DNA of 64,000 bases, from NCBI GenBank assembly GCA_016748015.1, contig JAAOMT010000599.1, forward strand, positions 1 through 64,000, written 5' to 3'. Below the pieces are notes generated by a model, which was not told the origin of the DNA, did not search any database, and was given only the letters and a program-made list of their open reading frames with translations. The position numbers were made by a program, and so were the translations under genes. Every line of letters starts with the position of its first letter. Position 1 is the stretch's first letter. The DNA comes from Geosiphon pyriformis uo1 (taxonomy: Eukaryota > Fungi > Glomeromycota). This document shows, in pieces, positions 27,542-43,190 of the stretch.

Positions 27542-29024
27542 GAGGAGATCAACCTAAAGTATTGCGTATCAGTTTACGAGCATGACATTGTCTAGACTCT
27601 TTCAATCCCAACCAAGAATCTTTATAAAAAAAAAACCGATTTTTTCTTTTTATTGTTTTTAAGAAATATTTCATTTAAACATTGTTTCATTTTCCGTTTT
27701 GAAGTACAAAATTGCAGGGAAAGCCCGTTCATTCTTTTGAATTACTATTCTTGTATGAATAATGGAACACGACCTTTTTTTTTTTCATAAAATTGGGAAA
27801 CAGTTTCATTGTTTTCAAATAAATTAGGTTTAAAAAACTGGTTTTTTTTTTAAACCGTTTACAGATTGATATTTTAAAAAGTTTGGAGACAAAAGGCTTG
27901 TTCATGGGATTAGAAAATTTTCGATAGGTTAAAAAATTAAAATTTTATTTTTTTAATATCGCGAAAAAGTATTATTATTTTGTTAGTCATAATATGTGGA
28001 TGTTTTAATAAAGATTCTCGGTTCATTCTTACCATAATAGGAAAAAAAAGAATTATTGCTTAAGATGGAAATTTTCCTTTTTATTATTTCCCCGTTATTT
28101 AGGGCTGGCTGGCTGGCTGGCTAGCTTACCAATTTTCGGATATGCAAAGCCGTAAACATAAATTATAAAGTTAGCCAAGATTCCCAATTTCAGGTTGATC
28201 ACACACTGTTACATGTTTTAGGAAAAAAAATAAAATTCAATATATATTATTTTCTCCTGGAGAAACACGGAACCAAACATATTAAAGCAAATGCAATTAA
28301 TCAAATAAAATAACCATGTATTTGGAACATATTTTTATTTTTGAACATCAAATCAAATTCCTTATCATTTATCAAAAGTTATCTCTTATTGGTATCATTT
28401 GGAAATGAAATCATGCATCAACAATGCAGTAATAATCTTCAATGACGCAGAAAGACACCATTGATATATGCAGTGATTTTCCGTTTTAAAGAATCACAAT
28501 TTCTGAAGTTATTTTATTTTAGAATAAACCTTCAAATGGTTTTAGAGCGCATTTGCATTATTGATAAAGCAATCTAAATTTAATTTTTTTTATGAAAGCG
28601 GTTTTACCGATCAAAAAATGTCGATAAAGATTGAATATAAAAAAAGAAACTTTATTTTTTCTTTCTTTGAGTTTGACAAAAAAGAGTAAATTCAATGAAA
28701 TCTCGGATCTTGAAAAAAACTTTTAATAATGATAATATCAATAGTAAAATAGGAAAAAGTATAATACTTTTTTGATAGAATAATCTTTAAAGTGTTATAT
28801 ATATATATTTATAGATTTTTGTTCATTAATATTCTTTTAATAGAGAATAAAAGAGAACTCAACACTTGTAGTCAATAAAAAAGGTAGTAAAAATGATTCT
28901 TTTACTGTTTACCGAGATTTGAACAGAAAACATGAATCTTTGCATAATAGTATAATTTGACAATGACAAAATTGGGTGTGTAACAAGAAAGTAACACGAT
29001 TTCAATATCTTTCAAAGCAATCCC

Positions 29025-29026
<2 letters not shown>

Positions 29027-29064
<38 letters not shown>

Positions 29065-29101
29065 GCAATTCTAATTCTAATAATAATAATAATAATAATT
29101 C

Positions 29102-29132
<31 letters not shown>

Positions 29133-29167
29133 AATTCTAATTCTAATAATAATAATAATAATAATAG
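29027..29167. repeat. (AAT)n / (TTCTAA)n compound microsatellite
   Basis: Direct reading. Confidence 0.95.
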
Positions 29168-29536
29168 TAATATAGTCCAATTTAAATGATTAGAAAAATA
29201 ATTTAAATTTGTTTCAATACCGAATTTTATTTTTGAATTATAAGGATAAATATATAATAAGTAGTGTCACAATACTGTCACATTTTAATTATAAAGAACA
29301 AAAAGGAGGAGTAATTGAGGGATGGATGAATGGTTAGAGAAAATTTATTTTTACATGCACAGTGCTTTTTTTCCATTAGCAATAAATCAAAATTTCAAAT
29401 TCACCCAATCTTTTAAAATATGCATGTATGGTAATGTAACCACATGGATCACGTCGTATGACGACCACCATTATTTTATATATTCATAAAACCTTTTTGA
29501 TGTATAAAAATATTTATTTTAAAAAATAAATGAATA

Positions 29537-29574
<38 letters not shown>
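29537..29574. repeat. (TCTA)n microsatellite
   Basis: Direct reading. Confidence 0.95.
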
Positions 29575-30016
29575 GTGATCCTTAATATCATCTTTAATCA
29601 GAGGAAATCAAGTGAAAAATGAAAAATGAAAATTAAATCTCATTAAAAATCATGTATAAAATCAAAAAACTTGTTGATAAAATTCGTTTAAATATCATAG
29701 GTTAATCAACCCGAGAGAGTGATGAGCTATCAAATCAAATCGGGAAAAATGGTCGGGGAATTTTTTATGGAAAAGGTTTACGCGATATAATGATCCATCA
29801 CTGGTGTTCCACCCCTCAATGTTTAGCAAGAAGATAAAAAAGATGGGGAACATTTAAAAATAAATAAAGATAGGTATAAACAAACAAGTAAATAAACAAA
29901 GATTTAGAAATTTAATATTCTTTAAATTTTACACGAAAGTGATGAAAATTGAACCTTTTTTACGATTTATCTTCTTTTTTTTTTACACTTTTTACTCCGG
30001 TTTAAAACTTGAAACG

Positions 30017-30244
<228 letters not shown>

Positions 30245-31076
30245 TTTTCATGATGTGTTACATCTAACATTTTAAGGATCCAAACATGATGATGAAACTT
30301 AACCGATCGAGAATATATATATATATCAATCATGTTAATTAATTATGTTAATTAAGTGAATTATATTAATTATGTTAATCATGTTAATTATGTCAATTAT
30401 GTCAGTTATGTTAATTATATCAATCTGAGAAATCAGCAAAATCAAATATTAGATTTTCGATAAGGTTTCAAGATTCAAAGCATCATCATCATCATCATCA
30501 TCATCATCATTTCAATACAATATTCGATTTGGTTCGCTTTAAAAATTTTATCTCGGGAAATTTTATCAAGACTTGATTATCAACCTTAATTTTTTTGTTT
30601 AATATAAGATTTCCACTGTCTATCAGAATTTGGAATGAAGAGCTTTTACGGTTTTTCAGGGTTTATTTAGGAAAAGTTTTTTATCTTTTAAGTTTTAAAT
30701 TGTTATGATAAAAAAGAAATTTCTTTAGTTTTATAATTTTCTTTGATTTGGTACACGGTTTCGAGTGTTAAAATAGAAAAGAAAAAAAAAGTTATATTGG
30801 AATTAAACTCTGTAAAAGCAAAAAGGCAAAAAGCAAAACCAAAGGTAAAACCAAAGCAAAGTAAGCAAAATAATTTAAAGTTTTGTAAAAAAAAAAAAAT
30901 AAACCCTTCTGGTAAACGATATTTTTATCAAAGTTACAGTTTAATATAAATTATTTATCTAAAATAAAAAAAAATTTAAATCTTTTTTTAATTTTCATTT
31001 GTATACACTGTTTAAATCAATAAATTATTAGGAAAAAAAACAAAAGATTTTTTTCGTTAAAAAAAAAAAAAAAAAA

Positions 31077-31589
31077 NNNNNNNNNNNNNNNNNNNNNNNN
31101 NNNNNNNNNNNNNNNNNNNNNNNNNNNNNNNNNNNNNNNNNNNNNNNNNNNNNNNNNNNNNNNNNNNNNNNNNNNNNNNNNNNNNNNNNNNNNNNNNNNN
31201 NNNNNNNNNNNNNNNNNNNNNNNNNNNNNNNNNNNNNNNNNNNNNNNNNNNNNNNNNNNNNNNNNNNNNNNNNNNNNNNNNNNNNNNNNNNNNNNNNNNN
31301 NNNNNNNNNNNNNNNNNNNNNNNNNNNNNNNNNNNNNNNNNNNNNNNNNNNNNNNNNNNNNNNNNNNNNNNNNNNNNNNNNNNNNNNNNNNNNNNNNNNN
31401 NNNNNNNNNNNNNNNNNNNNNNNNNNNNNNNNNNNNNNNNNNNNNNNNNNNNNNNNNNNNNNNNNNNNNNNNNNNNNNNNNNNNNNNNNNNNNNNNNNNN
31501 NNNNNNNNNNNNNNNNNNNNNNNNNNNNNNNNNNNNNNNNNNNNNNNNNNNNNNNNNNNNNNNNNNNNNNNNNNNNNNNNNNNNNNNNN
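31077..31589. other. Assembly gap (N) flanked by poly-A
   Basis: N run. Confidence 0.99.
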
Positions 31590-33709
31590 AAAAAAAAAAA
31601 AAAAAAAAAATTATTATTATTTTTCAACATCACATTTTAAAATAATTATTATTTTGCATGATATCGTTTCAAAGAGAACAGAAAAGACATGAATGCATTA
31701 AAATTACAATCTAAAACAGTTTTAACTTGAATTAAAAAATATGTTTTTTAAATTGTAAAAGTTCAAAAAAAATAAAAATAATTAGGGATTATCCTTTTAA
31801 TTTCTAATGTCTATAAAAATAAGAAAGGATAGATAACTTGAAAGGAACATAGATAGAACAAGTTATAATTGTTAAAACCTTAAGATTTCTAATAAGTCTG
31901 ATAACATAACGTTTTTAACCAATTTATCTCAAACGATTGAAATAATTTTTTTTGAACTTATTACTTATGTACATTTTATAAGGTAAATATCCCGAAATTT
32001 ATTTCAAAAAAAATTTCTCACCTTCATTAATTTATAAAATCTTTATGAAGTAATGACGATTATATTCTATTAGGATAATTTCAAAAAGAAAAAGGTTAGA
32101 AAAATTATATAATAATTTTTAGAACAATCTTTTTTTCTTTTATTTTGAATAAACGAGGAAATTCAAATTTTTTTTTTTGATAATAATTGCTGTCCTTCTT
32201 TATACTTTAAATACTAATAATACAATTATCATCACGATCACAATGAATGAAAATAAATAATAATAATAATAATAATAACGGAAATAGCAATAATATCAAG
32301 AACAAAGACTAAGGTTTCAGAAATTAATTTATCAAATTTGAATGGTTCTTCATCTTTATTGAAATCTAAATTTGAAATAACGCCAAAAAAAAAATTAATA
32401 TATAAATGTATATATATATATATATTATTTTTTTCATCGTGATACAAAATTTTAAAAAACTACCAATCAAATAAATTACTCATTTATTTTAACCAACAAT
32501 CAAGCGTAAAACCAATTTAAACCATTTAAAAATTTATTTTTTCAAATTTAAAATATTATTAAAAGAATTAGTTTTGAATCTTCAAATCGGAATTTTTTTT
32601 ACCTGTTATATGCACACACGAAAAAAAATATATATATACTGATATACATAAAAAAGCGTTATACATACGTACATACATACATACATACATACACTTATTG
32701 AAAAGATTATAAATTAAAAAAAGAAATGTACATATGATTTTTTGTTCGCATAATATCATCTGTCTACATAAATATCAAGTTATTTTTGGAAAAAATGAAA
32801 GCCCCCACTAGTTTTTCTTGGAATGTATGCATGATTTTTATGGTAATTAGTCTGGGAATGAAAATTATCTTATTTATTACAAGTAACAGTGAAACAAGCA
32901 AGCAAGTAAGCAAAGATATAACAAATATTCACCAAACTCATAACAAACAAGTGAATCATTTTTTATCCAATAAAATTACTCTCGAAACATTTATCGGAAA
33001 CATCACATTTTTACCATTTTTGGACTCGATGATAATGCTAGAAAATTAAAGAATACCAATCAATTAACCCGATAAGCCCCTCTCCTCCTTCACGAATTAA
33101 CTTTATGAAATTTTCCTAATGAAAACGATGATAATTTGGGAAAACATAGGAATTCTATAGATGTCACTCAGGGATAACTGATAAAAATTATCGTAACTTT
33201 CATGTCATTTTAATTTGGTTTAATGTCAAAGGTTTTATCAGTCATGATGTTCTTTATCTTTTGAGTCTCGAAAATGATAATAATATTATTGTTATTGTTA
33301 TTTATCTTGCTGTTATTTATTTATTTTTATTATTTATTATTTATTATTTATTATTATTGTTGTTGTTGTTGTTTTTGTTGTTATTGTTGTGTTTTTGTTA
33401 TTTCTGTTGTTATTTTTATTGTTTATGTTGTTGTTGTTGTTTTTTTTTGGTTTTTTTTTTTTTTGGTTTTGACTTTATTCAGTTTGGTCGTGTAATTTCT
33501 TAGCATTTAGTTTTTCCGTTCGAAAAAATTGTTTGACATTTGATGATGTGAAATTGCTGATATCATAAACTTTTTTTTTGAGTTTTATAATATCATGACT
33601 AATGTTTGGATAATACTATCACAAAATATACACGTCAACAAATGATTATTTTCAGGATTTCATATAAATGATTTCATTGGAGAGACTTTTTAACATATCC
33701 TTAATCTAT

Positions 33710-33778
33710 TACTAATACTAATACTAATACTAATACTAATACAACAACTACTACTACTACTAGTACTACTACTACTAC

Positions 33779-33821
<43 letters not shown>
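33710..33821. repeat. Compound (ACTAAT)n(ACT)n(ATT)n microsatellite
   Basis: Direct reading. Confidence 0.93.
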
Positions 33822-33824
<3 letters not shown>

Positions 33825-34095
33825 CAATCCCTAATCGAATTCAATTCCAATACGCACACCAAATATACACCAATCATCCTGATTAAAATCTAAATCGTTA
33901 GTTTTGATTATTCTTTCACAAATCATCATGGAATTTCTAGATTCTGATAAGATCTACATCAAGAATGCTATTTCATTAAATTCATTCATTCATCATCATT
34001 CATGATAGGGCTTTTGGTAATGGAAGATAGTAAAATAGTGATCTAAATCAAGTCGAAAAAACATAAACTTTCATCATGTTTATCTTTTAAGGTTC

Positions 34096-34130
<35 letters not shown>

Positions 34131-34150
34131 NNNNNNNNNNNNNNNNNNNN
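34131..34150. other. Assembly gap (20 N) between poly-T and poly-A
   Basis: N run. Confidence 0.99.
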
Positions 34151-34791
34151 AAAAAAAAAAAAAAAAGCATAATTTTTTCCAAATCCAGAAGAATGGTGAT
34201 CTTTTGATCCATGATTGGTGATTGGTGAAGAATTTTTAACTATAAAATCAGAAATAACGATGGTGAAGATCAGTCAATCATAGGTATGGATTACATTGCG
34301 TCACTCGCGTGGGCTGTACAAAAAAATCCCCATTGTAATAACCTTTTTACTACTTTGATTTTGATTTGGAAATTTCGTTTTTTTTTTATATATAAGTGTC
34401 ACACACACACACCACCTATCACTAAGCAATTAAAGAAGTTTCCCAGTAGACGAAAATGGTTGGTTTATTTTTAAATTTTGTATAGTATGTACTATTTGGT
34501 TTGAAAAAAGAAAAGAAAAAAAGTCGTTTCATTTCATGACAAATGATTTTGTGGGGTGTGTATTATTCGGTGAAATATGTAAAGTACGTTACCTAAAAAT
34601 TTCTATTATTAAATGGATCAATCAACTAGCGTACCTTGCGATCGGTCTGTCGGTTAATGAAATTTAAAATAAAAAAAAAATTAAAATTTGGAAAATAATA
34701 TTAATGGCTGAAATTTATTATTGATAAGGAATTGATGAATTTTGATTTGTAAAATATTTGATTAGAAGTTTTTATTTTTATTTTTTTTAAA

Positions 34792-34833
<42 letters not shown>

Positions 34834-35368
34834 TTGAATATTAAATATATATATATATATATATCGGAGATTTTAGAATTAATCTATATGGAGATATCTA
34901 ATTTAAAACTAAAATTTATATTAGACATCCAAAGCAGCAACATCATCATCATAATCATCATCAATCATTAATCATAAATCATAAATCATCATAATCATAA
35001 TCATAATCATAATCATCGTCAACGATAATAAATAGCAAAGAAATTATAAAAACAAACCTGAAGCTATCAATCACTGAATCTTTTTATTAATCATGAATAA
35101 ATGAGGTTTTTTTTCTTCTCAGTGTGCGGTATTTCTATTATTATTTTGCATCACTCAGTTTTATGTCATTATGTGCAGAGTTTAGGTAGAAATGTACATA
35201 ACACAAGCGCGCGCGCGCAAAATCTTATTTTTTTCTCATCCATTTTTAATTTTTCCTTTTTTCTCACATTTCACTTATTCAAAGATCTTTCAAAATCAAC
35301 TGGTTCATAATTTTTCAAAATTCCTGCATTAAAATAACAATAACAATAACAATAACAATAACAATAAC

Positions 35369-35405
<37 letters not shown>

Positions 35406-36009
35406 TGGCAAAACTTGATAAACTTTTTTGGAGAACCAGTTAAACAAAATTTATCTTAATTAAAATATTGGTGGATATCAGGATATCCTATTATCCATTA
35501 TGATTTTAATTATTTGCTTAGCCAATACTGAATTACTTATATCCAACATTGATTAATAAATGATACCCTTACGTTTAAACGGGTGATTGAGAACTAAATG
35601 CGATATGTATATGACATTGAAAATGATGGTGGGGGGGGGAGGGGGGGAGGTGATGATGCTGATTATGATTATGATTATAATGATAATTATGGTAGTGTTA
35701 TATTGTCAATGATTAATTTTTGATAATGTTGATATTGATGAAAGAGGGTGGCCAAAGTGTGTGAATTATATGAACAAGGGAGATAGATAGACGGGCATAA
35801 CATATAGCACTTTGATTGCCTAATAGGGTAGATACAAAAAAAAAAAATTATCAGACGAAAAAAAAAAAAGAGACTGAAAATCATCGGAACAGACAGGTAA
35901 GAGAGGGAAAAAATACATGTGAGGTATTTAGGGAATATGTTGTGAAAGTTGTATGAAGAGAATCCTTTCCTATTTCCTAATAAAAACCCCGATGTAAATT
36001 GGAAAAGAT

Positions 36010-36043
<34 letters not shown>

Positions 36044-36197
36044 AATAATGATGATTTTTGATGTTGATATTGATGATGTTGAGACACTGTGGATAAAGAA
36101 TGGTTGGACTGATTTGATATTTTAATAATTAAAGGTCAATTATCAAAAAAAAAGCTGCTGCTTGTATTCCGAAATTGAAATTTGCTTGTGTGTTGTT

Positions 36198-36202
<5 letters not shown>

Positions 36203-36242
<40 letters not shown>

Positions 36243-36243
36243 T
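36203..36243. repeat. (TG)n microsatellite
   Basis: Direct reading. Confidence 0.93.
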
Positions 36244-37269
36244 TTGTAATAGTTATATATATTTTTGTATTTCAATGTATCAAACATGGTTTTTTTTTTT
36301 TTTAATGTTTGCTTTTTTCTTCTTTTTCTTCTATTACCAAATATTCTAAAATATCCTATTCATCAGCGACTAAGCCCAGTTTTTTTTTATCTCATTTTTT
36401 TTATTCGTTCATTTTGTTATATATTACTAATCTAAATTATTTTAAAATAAATAAATATATAAATATACTGCTAACTACTACTACTACCACTACTACTACT
36501 ACTACTACTACTATTATTATTACTACGGTTCCAACCTTTTCTCCAAAATTGTCTTACATAGACAATCTTAACTCCTTTATTTAAATTATTTAAATTATAT
36601 AGAATGTACATGGAATAAATAAATATACATATACATATATACATATACATATAATATAATATAATATATTATTTTATTTTTATTTTTATTTTTATTTTTT
36701 ATTATTGTCCATCTTACACAATTTCGCCTCCCTCATTTTATAATTATCTTTTTTTCTATTACAAAGCCCTGAGATGATGATAAAATAGTAATTATTATCC
36801 CTCATTAATTATCAATAATTTTCTATAAATATAACAGACAGGCTACCTTCTTTTTTTCTCCTTTCCTACTCACTCACTCTTAACAAAAAGTGGAGTTTTT
36901 TCTCATTTCCGGATCCCTTTTGTGTACAGTAGTGATTGGTCTCTATAAAAGATTTTTTCTCAATCTATTTTGGTATCTTTGCTCTTTTGAAAAGCCAAAA
37001 AGTTCTCTACAATAAGTTTATTTTTTGAATAAGAAAGCTCTTTGAACGGTTTCTTCTTAAAAACTAGCTACTTAAATCTCAATATTCTTCAACAATAGTT
37101 TTAACAATAAAGTTCCTTGAACTTTTTTCTTTATTTTTTTTTTTTAACGAACAACACAATTTCTTCAAACAATATCGTTAACGATTTTAAAACTAACAGT
37201 TTTTTTTTGGGAACCGAATTTTTTTAAAAATCAATATCTCTTTCAACTTTTTTTTTCAAATCATCAAAA

Positions 37270-37839
37270 ATGAAAACCAAAATGTTTTCACGTAATCGAA
37301 AAATTCACAATCCATTCAAGAAATCTTCAAAATCGTCCAATTCTTCGGCATCATCTCACAATAACCATCATTACAACAGTTCCGTCGAATCAAATGAATA
37401 CGACTATGATTTCGAATTCTCAACTACAGCTACCCCATCAGTCGTCAGTTCAAGACGTAGTTCAATCTCAGAAATTGACATTTCAGCAAATAACTTTGGG
37501 GGTAACTCAACTTTCTCCTTCTATTCACGTCGTCATTCGGGAACTTGCAAAAATTCTAGCAACAACAACAACAACAACAACAGCAATAATTATCACGCTA
37601 GCTCTTACGATCATTATACCAGTGATTACGTTCACACTTATCATCATCATCGTCAGTGTCATTGTCAACAACACAATAATTCAGGTGGTGCCTCCACCGG
37701 AAATCAAGGAAAACGACGAAAGCATCAACAAGGTTACAATAACGGTTGTTACACCTCTTATAGTCCTTGTCGAAGCATAACCGGTTTCGTTTTATGGGCT
37801 AGATTGACTTGGGTAAAGGTTGGAAGAACGTTTCGTTGA
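37270..37839 (+). CDS. Hypothetical 189-aa Ser/Asn/His-rich, probably disordered protein (intronless)
   Basis: Longest intact ORF in the TE-free region. AAAA-ATG start context, higher GC with intact CpGs, upstream TATAAAA at about 36944. No recognisable domain. Confidence 0.6.
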   Translation: MKTKMFSRNRKIHNPFKKSSKSSNSSASSHNNHHYNSSVESNEYDYDFEFSTTATPSVVSSRRSSISEIDISANNFGGNSTFSFYSRRHSGTCKNSSNNNNNNNSNNYHASSYDHYTSDYVHTYHHHRQCHCQQHNNSGGASTGNQGKRRKHQQGYNNGCYTSYSPCRSITGFVLWARLTWVKVGRTFR

Positions 37840-40800
37840 AAACCCAGTTTAAAAAAAAAAAATTTGGTGAAATTTTCAAAACAAACAAATTGACAATCCT
37901 TAAAAGTCACAAAATAAGTTATTCCTGTTCACCAAAACTGGTTTGACATGAAACGCAATGAACAATCTTTTTACATACCCTTCCCACTCCAAAAAATTTT
38001 CCTCTTGTATAAAGTCATTTCTACTACCCCAAAATCACATACCACGCGTCAAATTGAAAAATTTTCTTTTTCTTTCGATACCTTTGCCTTTCAACTTTTT
38101 TCACATTTTTGTACAAATTTTTTTTTTTGCAAAGTGAGGAAAAATAGAAATTATTTCAATTGTGGACGGTAAAAATTCTTGGACTGACAAAAAATGATGA
38201 AATTTAACAAATGAATGAATGAATGAATGAATGAATTTTGAATGAACATTTTTCAAAAATTATAATCTCTGGACAATGATAATTATTCTTGCCGAGTTAT
38301 AAATATTCTTTTCATATATATACATACATATATATATATATATATCCTCATAACGGTAACTACAGTTGTAATTTTGGTTTTCTTCCTTTCCCCCCAGCCA
38401 CCCCCCCTACCCCTACCCCAGCCTAGCACTTGATAGTAAATAGCGTGAGACGCTATTTTTATGGGATTTTTGTTGAACTCTATTATTAGTATACATATAT
38501 TTATATTTATCCCTACTGAAATACTGGAAAACGCGGCAGTAGCAGCAGTTGACTCACAACTGGCTCAAACATACGAATTTATCAGTTATGAAATAACGCG
38601 ATGTCTGGTGACGTACATATGTAACGACATGGTGTCGGGTGACGTATTATTATCAAATCATGACATCACACTACAACTTAGGACACGCGTCACTCTCAAC
38701 AGTACTTTTCAAGACATTCAATCAATCAGCCACTCAATCAGTCCAAAAGGCGCTTTTTTTTGTAAATAGTTGAGAGTCCTACTTTTTTTTTTTTTCAAAG
38801 ACAAAAACTTTCAGCCATCTTTTTTTTCATTTTCTGGCAAAAAAGTACAAAAAGGAAACTGGTTTTCCTTGTTTGTAATTGATGATACATATTTTTTTCA
38901 AAAAAAAAAAAAAAAAACGCGATTTTTTGGGTTTCTTTTTTGAGTTTATTTTCATTATTATTTGTGCTCCCAATCAAACAAAAGATTACTTGAATGTTCT
39001 GAAGTTTCGATATTAAATGTAAATTTGTAACCTATTCTGTTCATCACAATTTTCTGTTCCTGAAATCTGTTCCTGTTCCTGTTCCTGTTCAAATGTTCTA
39101 TTCAAATTTTGTTCCCATGTTCTGTTCTGTTCCTGTTTTATCTGTTCATATTCATTTTCGTTTTTGCTTAGATTCTTGTTCCAATTTTTCGCGTTTTTTT
39201 TTTCACACACTTTTTTTTTTTTACTTCTTTTACATATGTAGAATTTTTACATCATAGACAAATAACTAGACGGTTCGTTTCTTTTTTTTTTTTCGCATCA
39301 TTTACAATTATCATGTTCATTATTTCTCAATCATTAAAAACATGTAAATATAGACGGTTTCTTTTTTTTTTTCTTTAGTATCCAACGAATTTTCATTCTA
39401 TTTCAAAAATATATCCATTATTACTATTTGTTCATCACATTTACACTATCGCATCTTATTAAAGATATTTTTACATTCTTTCGTTTTCCAAACTTCAAAT
39501 CTCGATCATGTTGATGGTGGTTCTTTTTTTTTCCCATTGGTTCGAATGGGGCTTTTACTTTTACTTTTTTTTTTTTTAATGATGGATTTTCGGGTTTTAG
39601 AAGAAAAATCAAGATTGGAACATTACGCGTATTATATCTTGATGATCAGATCACATATTAATGAATCCGAATTCCAAGTCGCTCGGCTTTCACGAACTCT
39701 CCCATTGAAACGAAACGCAATCCATCTTGCTCTTCTCCCTCGACAACAACACCGAGACTATACGACAATTTCATCAAATATTTCAGAACACTGTTCCGTT
39801 CTTTTCTTGTCGAATTCAATGCCCCCCCCCTCCCCTCCTTTTCTTCTCCCTCTCTCTCCCTCTCTCTCCCTCTCCTCTCCTCTCCTTTCACGAACTTTCT
39901 CATAACACCACCAAAAGAACCAACCAACCAACCAACCAATTATGCTACAAATATAAGCTAAACCACACCTTCATCCAAAATATAATGGATACTTTTTTAT
40001 AATGTACATTATTTTTTTACATAGAAAAATTAGAATCATTAGAATAATTAGAATTAGACTTTTTCCATACACAAAATTACAATTACTATATCCTTCACAT
40101 CAATTCACATTTATAGCATTCGCATCACCTTCATAAGATTTTTCATTTCTACCTTTTAAAAGCATAAGAAAAACACACGCAAAACTTTAGATTATTAGAT
40201 TTAGATAATTAGATAATTAGACTCTTTATTAGATTCCCTTTTTCATCCTTTTTTGAATTTATTCAATTTTTTTAGGTACAGGTTACCTTTTTCTTTTGAA
40301 TTGTTAATATTCGGGATAACAAGAATTCTTCACTAATGATAGTTCAAGTTTTAATCATAATTTTAATACGGTTAGTTAGGATCAATATTTAGTAACCTCG
40401 TGATATCGGTTCCTTAACTCGATTCGAGTTTGAAAATCATAATAATAATCATAATAATAATTATATTAATAATAATAAATAATAATAATAATAATTATAT
40501 CGATATATCGAGAGAAGTGAAAAAAGGTTTTTAAAGATCTTTGATAGACTTTGAAAACTGATTTTTACTTTCTGCTTGACTCGATTCGACTTTTCAAAAA
40601 AGAATCAAATGGTTATTATCTGAATGAATGAATAGATCAATGAATCAATCAAATAAATTTTTAAATGATACCTTAAAAACTCTTTTAATAATAATAATAA
40701 TAATAATAATTATATTTACTAATTTTAATTATTATTATTATTTGTTACGCTTACCAAAAAAAGTATTAATTATGGATTTTTCCTTTTTGGAAAAACCTTA

Positions 40801-42386
40801 AAGAAAACTTTTATAATACACGATATTCCTGCATAATTATGCATTTAGGTAAATATATAATTTATTATTATTATTATTAATCTCTTTTTCTTTGAAACAT
40901 TAGAATTAGAATTTCATGAAATATATATTACATACATTCCAAAGACGCGGTTTTTTTTAGCGCGTCTTTGTAATCATTACTCTGACATCCATTCATCATC
41001 AAGGGTCAAATCTCGTGGCGATAAAATGGTCAGGTAACCGGTTATTTCTGTCACGCAGACGGAGAAAAAAAAATCTTAGGAATGCTAGGGGAAGATTTTC
41101 TGCATCCTTTTGCATCCTTTCCTTCCTTCCTTCCTTCCTTCCTTCCTTACTTTCCTTCCCACAGTTAACTTCTATAATGTAATTTCTCTTAATGCATAAA
41201 AACGTGGTATGACATAAAAGTTTCCTTTGTTAATTATTGAATAAATAATGATCATCATCCATTTATCATTATAATACTAATGATTTATTATTCCCGGGGG
41301 TCCAAATTCATTTAAAAAACTATGCTATACCCATACTGCACCCTACAATCTGCATTAGAATCATCAAACACTTTTTGTCGGCATGTTCAAAGACAGTGTG
41401 CATAACGTATACACCCCTTTCCATAATAACATCTTTTTCCTTGTTCTAATGTACAAAAATACAAAAATAACTTTTTTTTTAAAATTAAAAAAGGAAATAC
41501 AATCTCAAATGATGTTGCCTTTTCTTCTCTCTCTCTCTATCTCTTTCTTTCTTTCTTTATTTCTTTCTTTATTTATTTATTTCTTTCTTTCTTTACTTCT
41601 TTCTCTCTTTTTTTCTTTATTTGAATTAATAAAGTTTTAAATTTATGGTTTCAACCAAAACATTCATGATTTCGTAAAAAAAGAATGAATGCAAAGAAGA
41701 CTCTTTGAAGAAGAGATTACGATTACGATTGTGGAAAAGATTAATAGAAAATGGGTCAAGTGTGAAATGGATGAGGAAGGTAATTAACCATGCGCCTTAA
41801 CAGTATTTTTGAATTTTTTTTTTTGAATGATGATCAGGTTTATAGTTATTTTGAGAAAAGTATATCGTGTTAATTTTATTTTTTTATTTTTAGGTATCCC
41901 TGGAATTTTCTAAATTACTAAATGATCTTCCTTGGAAATTTCTTTTTCAGTGCCAATTCTTTTTCCAGAAAGAGAAAATCACTAGATGTGATCATTAGAC
42001 AAGTAAAGATTTATAACATTTGAAAAGCCCTTTCTTTAAATTTAACATGTATCTATATGTGTGTGCGTGTGTGTGTGTGTATGTATCTATGTATCTATGT
42101 ATCTATGTATGTATGTATGTGTGCGTGCAAGGGGGAAATGATAAATGAGGAAAGGCAAAGTAAATTGACATGGGATTAAAGCAATCAAATATGTTGATTT
42201 AGTTTATAGAATTGGCTTTGAAAATACTGAAATTGACCAATGTTCATTCCACATACCCAGTGATATTGTATATTTGGAAGAATTGATGGATTTTGAAATT
42301 TTTTTTATCACGATTAATTAATTAATTAATTAATTAGTTTAGATAATGGAACCCATCTAAATATTCTTTGATAGTGTGACCTTTTC

Positions 42387-42387
<1 letters not shown>

Positions 42388-42472
<85 letters not shown>

Positions 42473-42481
42473 GTTATTATT
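42388..42481. repeat. (ATT)n microsatellite, about 30 units
   Basis: Direct reading. Confidence 0.95.
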
Positions 42482-43147
42482 CAAATTTTAACAATGAGAA
42501 AAATGAATCAATAAAATTAATTATTTCAAGAAACAACTTTTGATTCACAAATTTAGAAGTGAAAATTTCGGTTTATAAAAATCATTAAAGAGAGAGCAAA
42601 AAGTCCTAATAGAATTTTAACAATAATAAACTTTGGTAAGGTCGAGAGTCGGAGACAAAGGATGTATAATAATTGATGAAAAGGTTGGCACTAATTAATT
42701 TTGATCTTTTTGTTTCAAACTATCTTTCTTTTTTTTTGATTCAATAATTAAACAATTTAGGCTTTGAGCGTACACGTACTAATTAATTTTTAATCTTTTG
42801 TTTTCCAACTTTCTTTTCAATAATAATAATAATAATCAGACAATTCAGGTGAAGAATGATAAATCTTTTTTTTTTTTCAATTTTTCAAACTCATTTCTTT
42901 TGCTTGTTTTCATCTATCTCTTTTCTTAAGATCTAAGATTGTCTCAAGCCCGATTTAATCTTAAAAAATTTCTAAAAAATATATATATATATATATACAT
43001 AAATATTTTTTGTACATGAGTCAAAATCTTGAATGTAAAAAAAAAAAATTTTTACCGAATTCATAATACTAAATTTGGATCATAATCCGTTAACCAATAC
43101 CAAAATCTTAAAATTAAGCATTTTTGAGCAATTTTCGCTCCTGCTAC

Positions 43148-43190
<43 letters not shown>

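Noticed and set aside
31028-31633. ORFs spanning N gaps (also 60046-60531 and 60085-60516)
   Set aside because: Artefacts of assembly gaps.
34098-34166. Poly-T / gap / poly-A as a hairpin or terminator
   Set aside because: It spans a scaffold gap, so contig orientation and adjacency are unverified.
37394-37780. Overlapping 128-aa hydrophobic ORF in another frame of the host gene
   Set aside because: Its apparent hydrophobic stretch derives from frame-shifted (AAC)n and (CAT)n repeats; no independent support.
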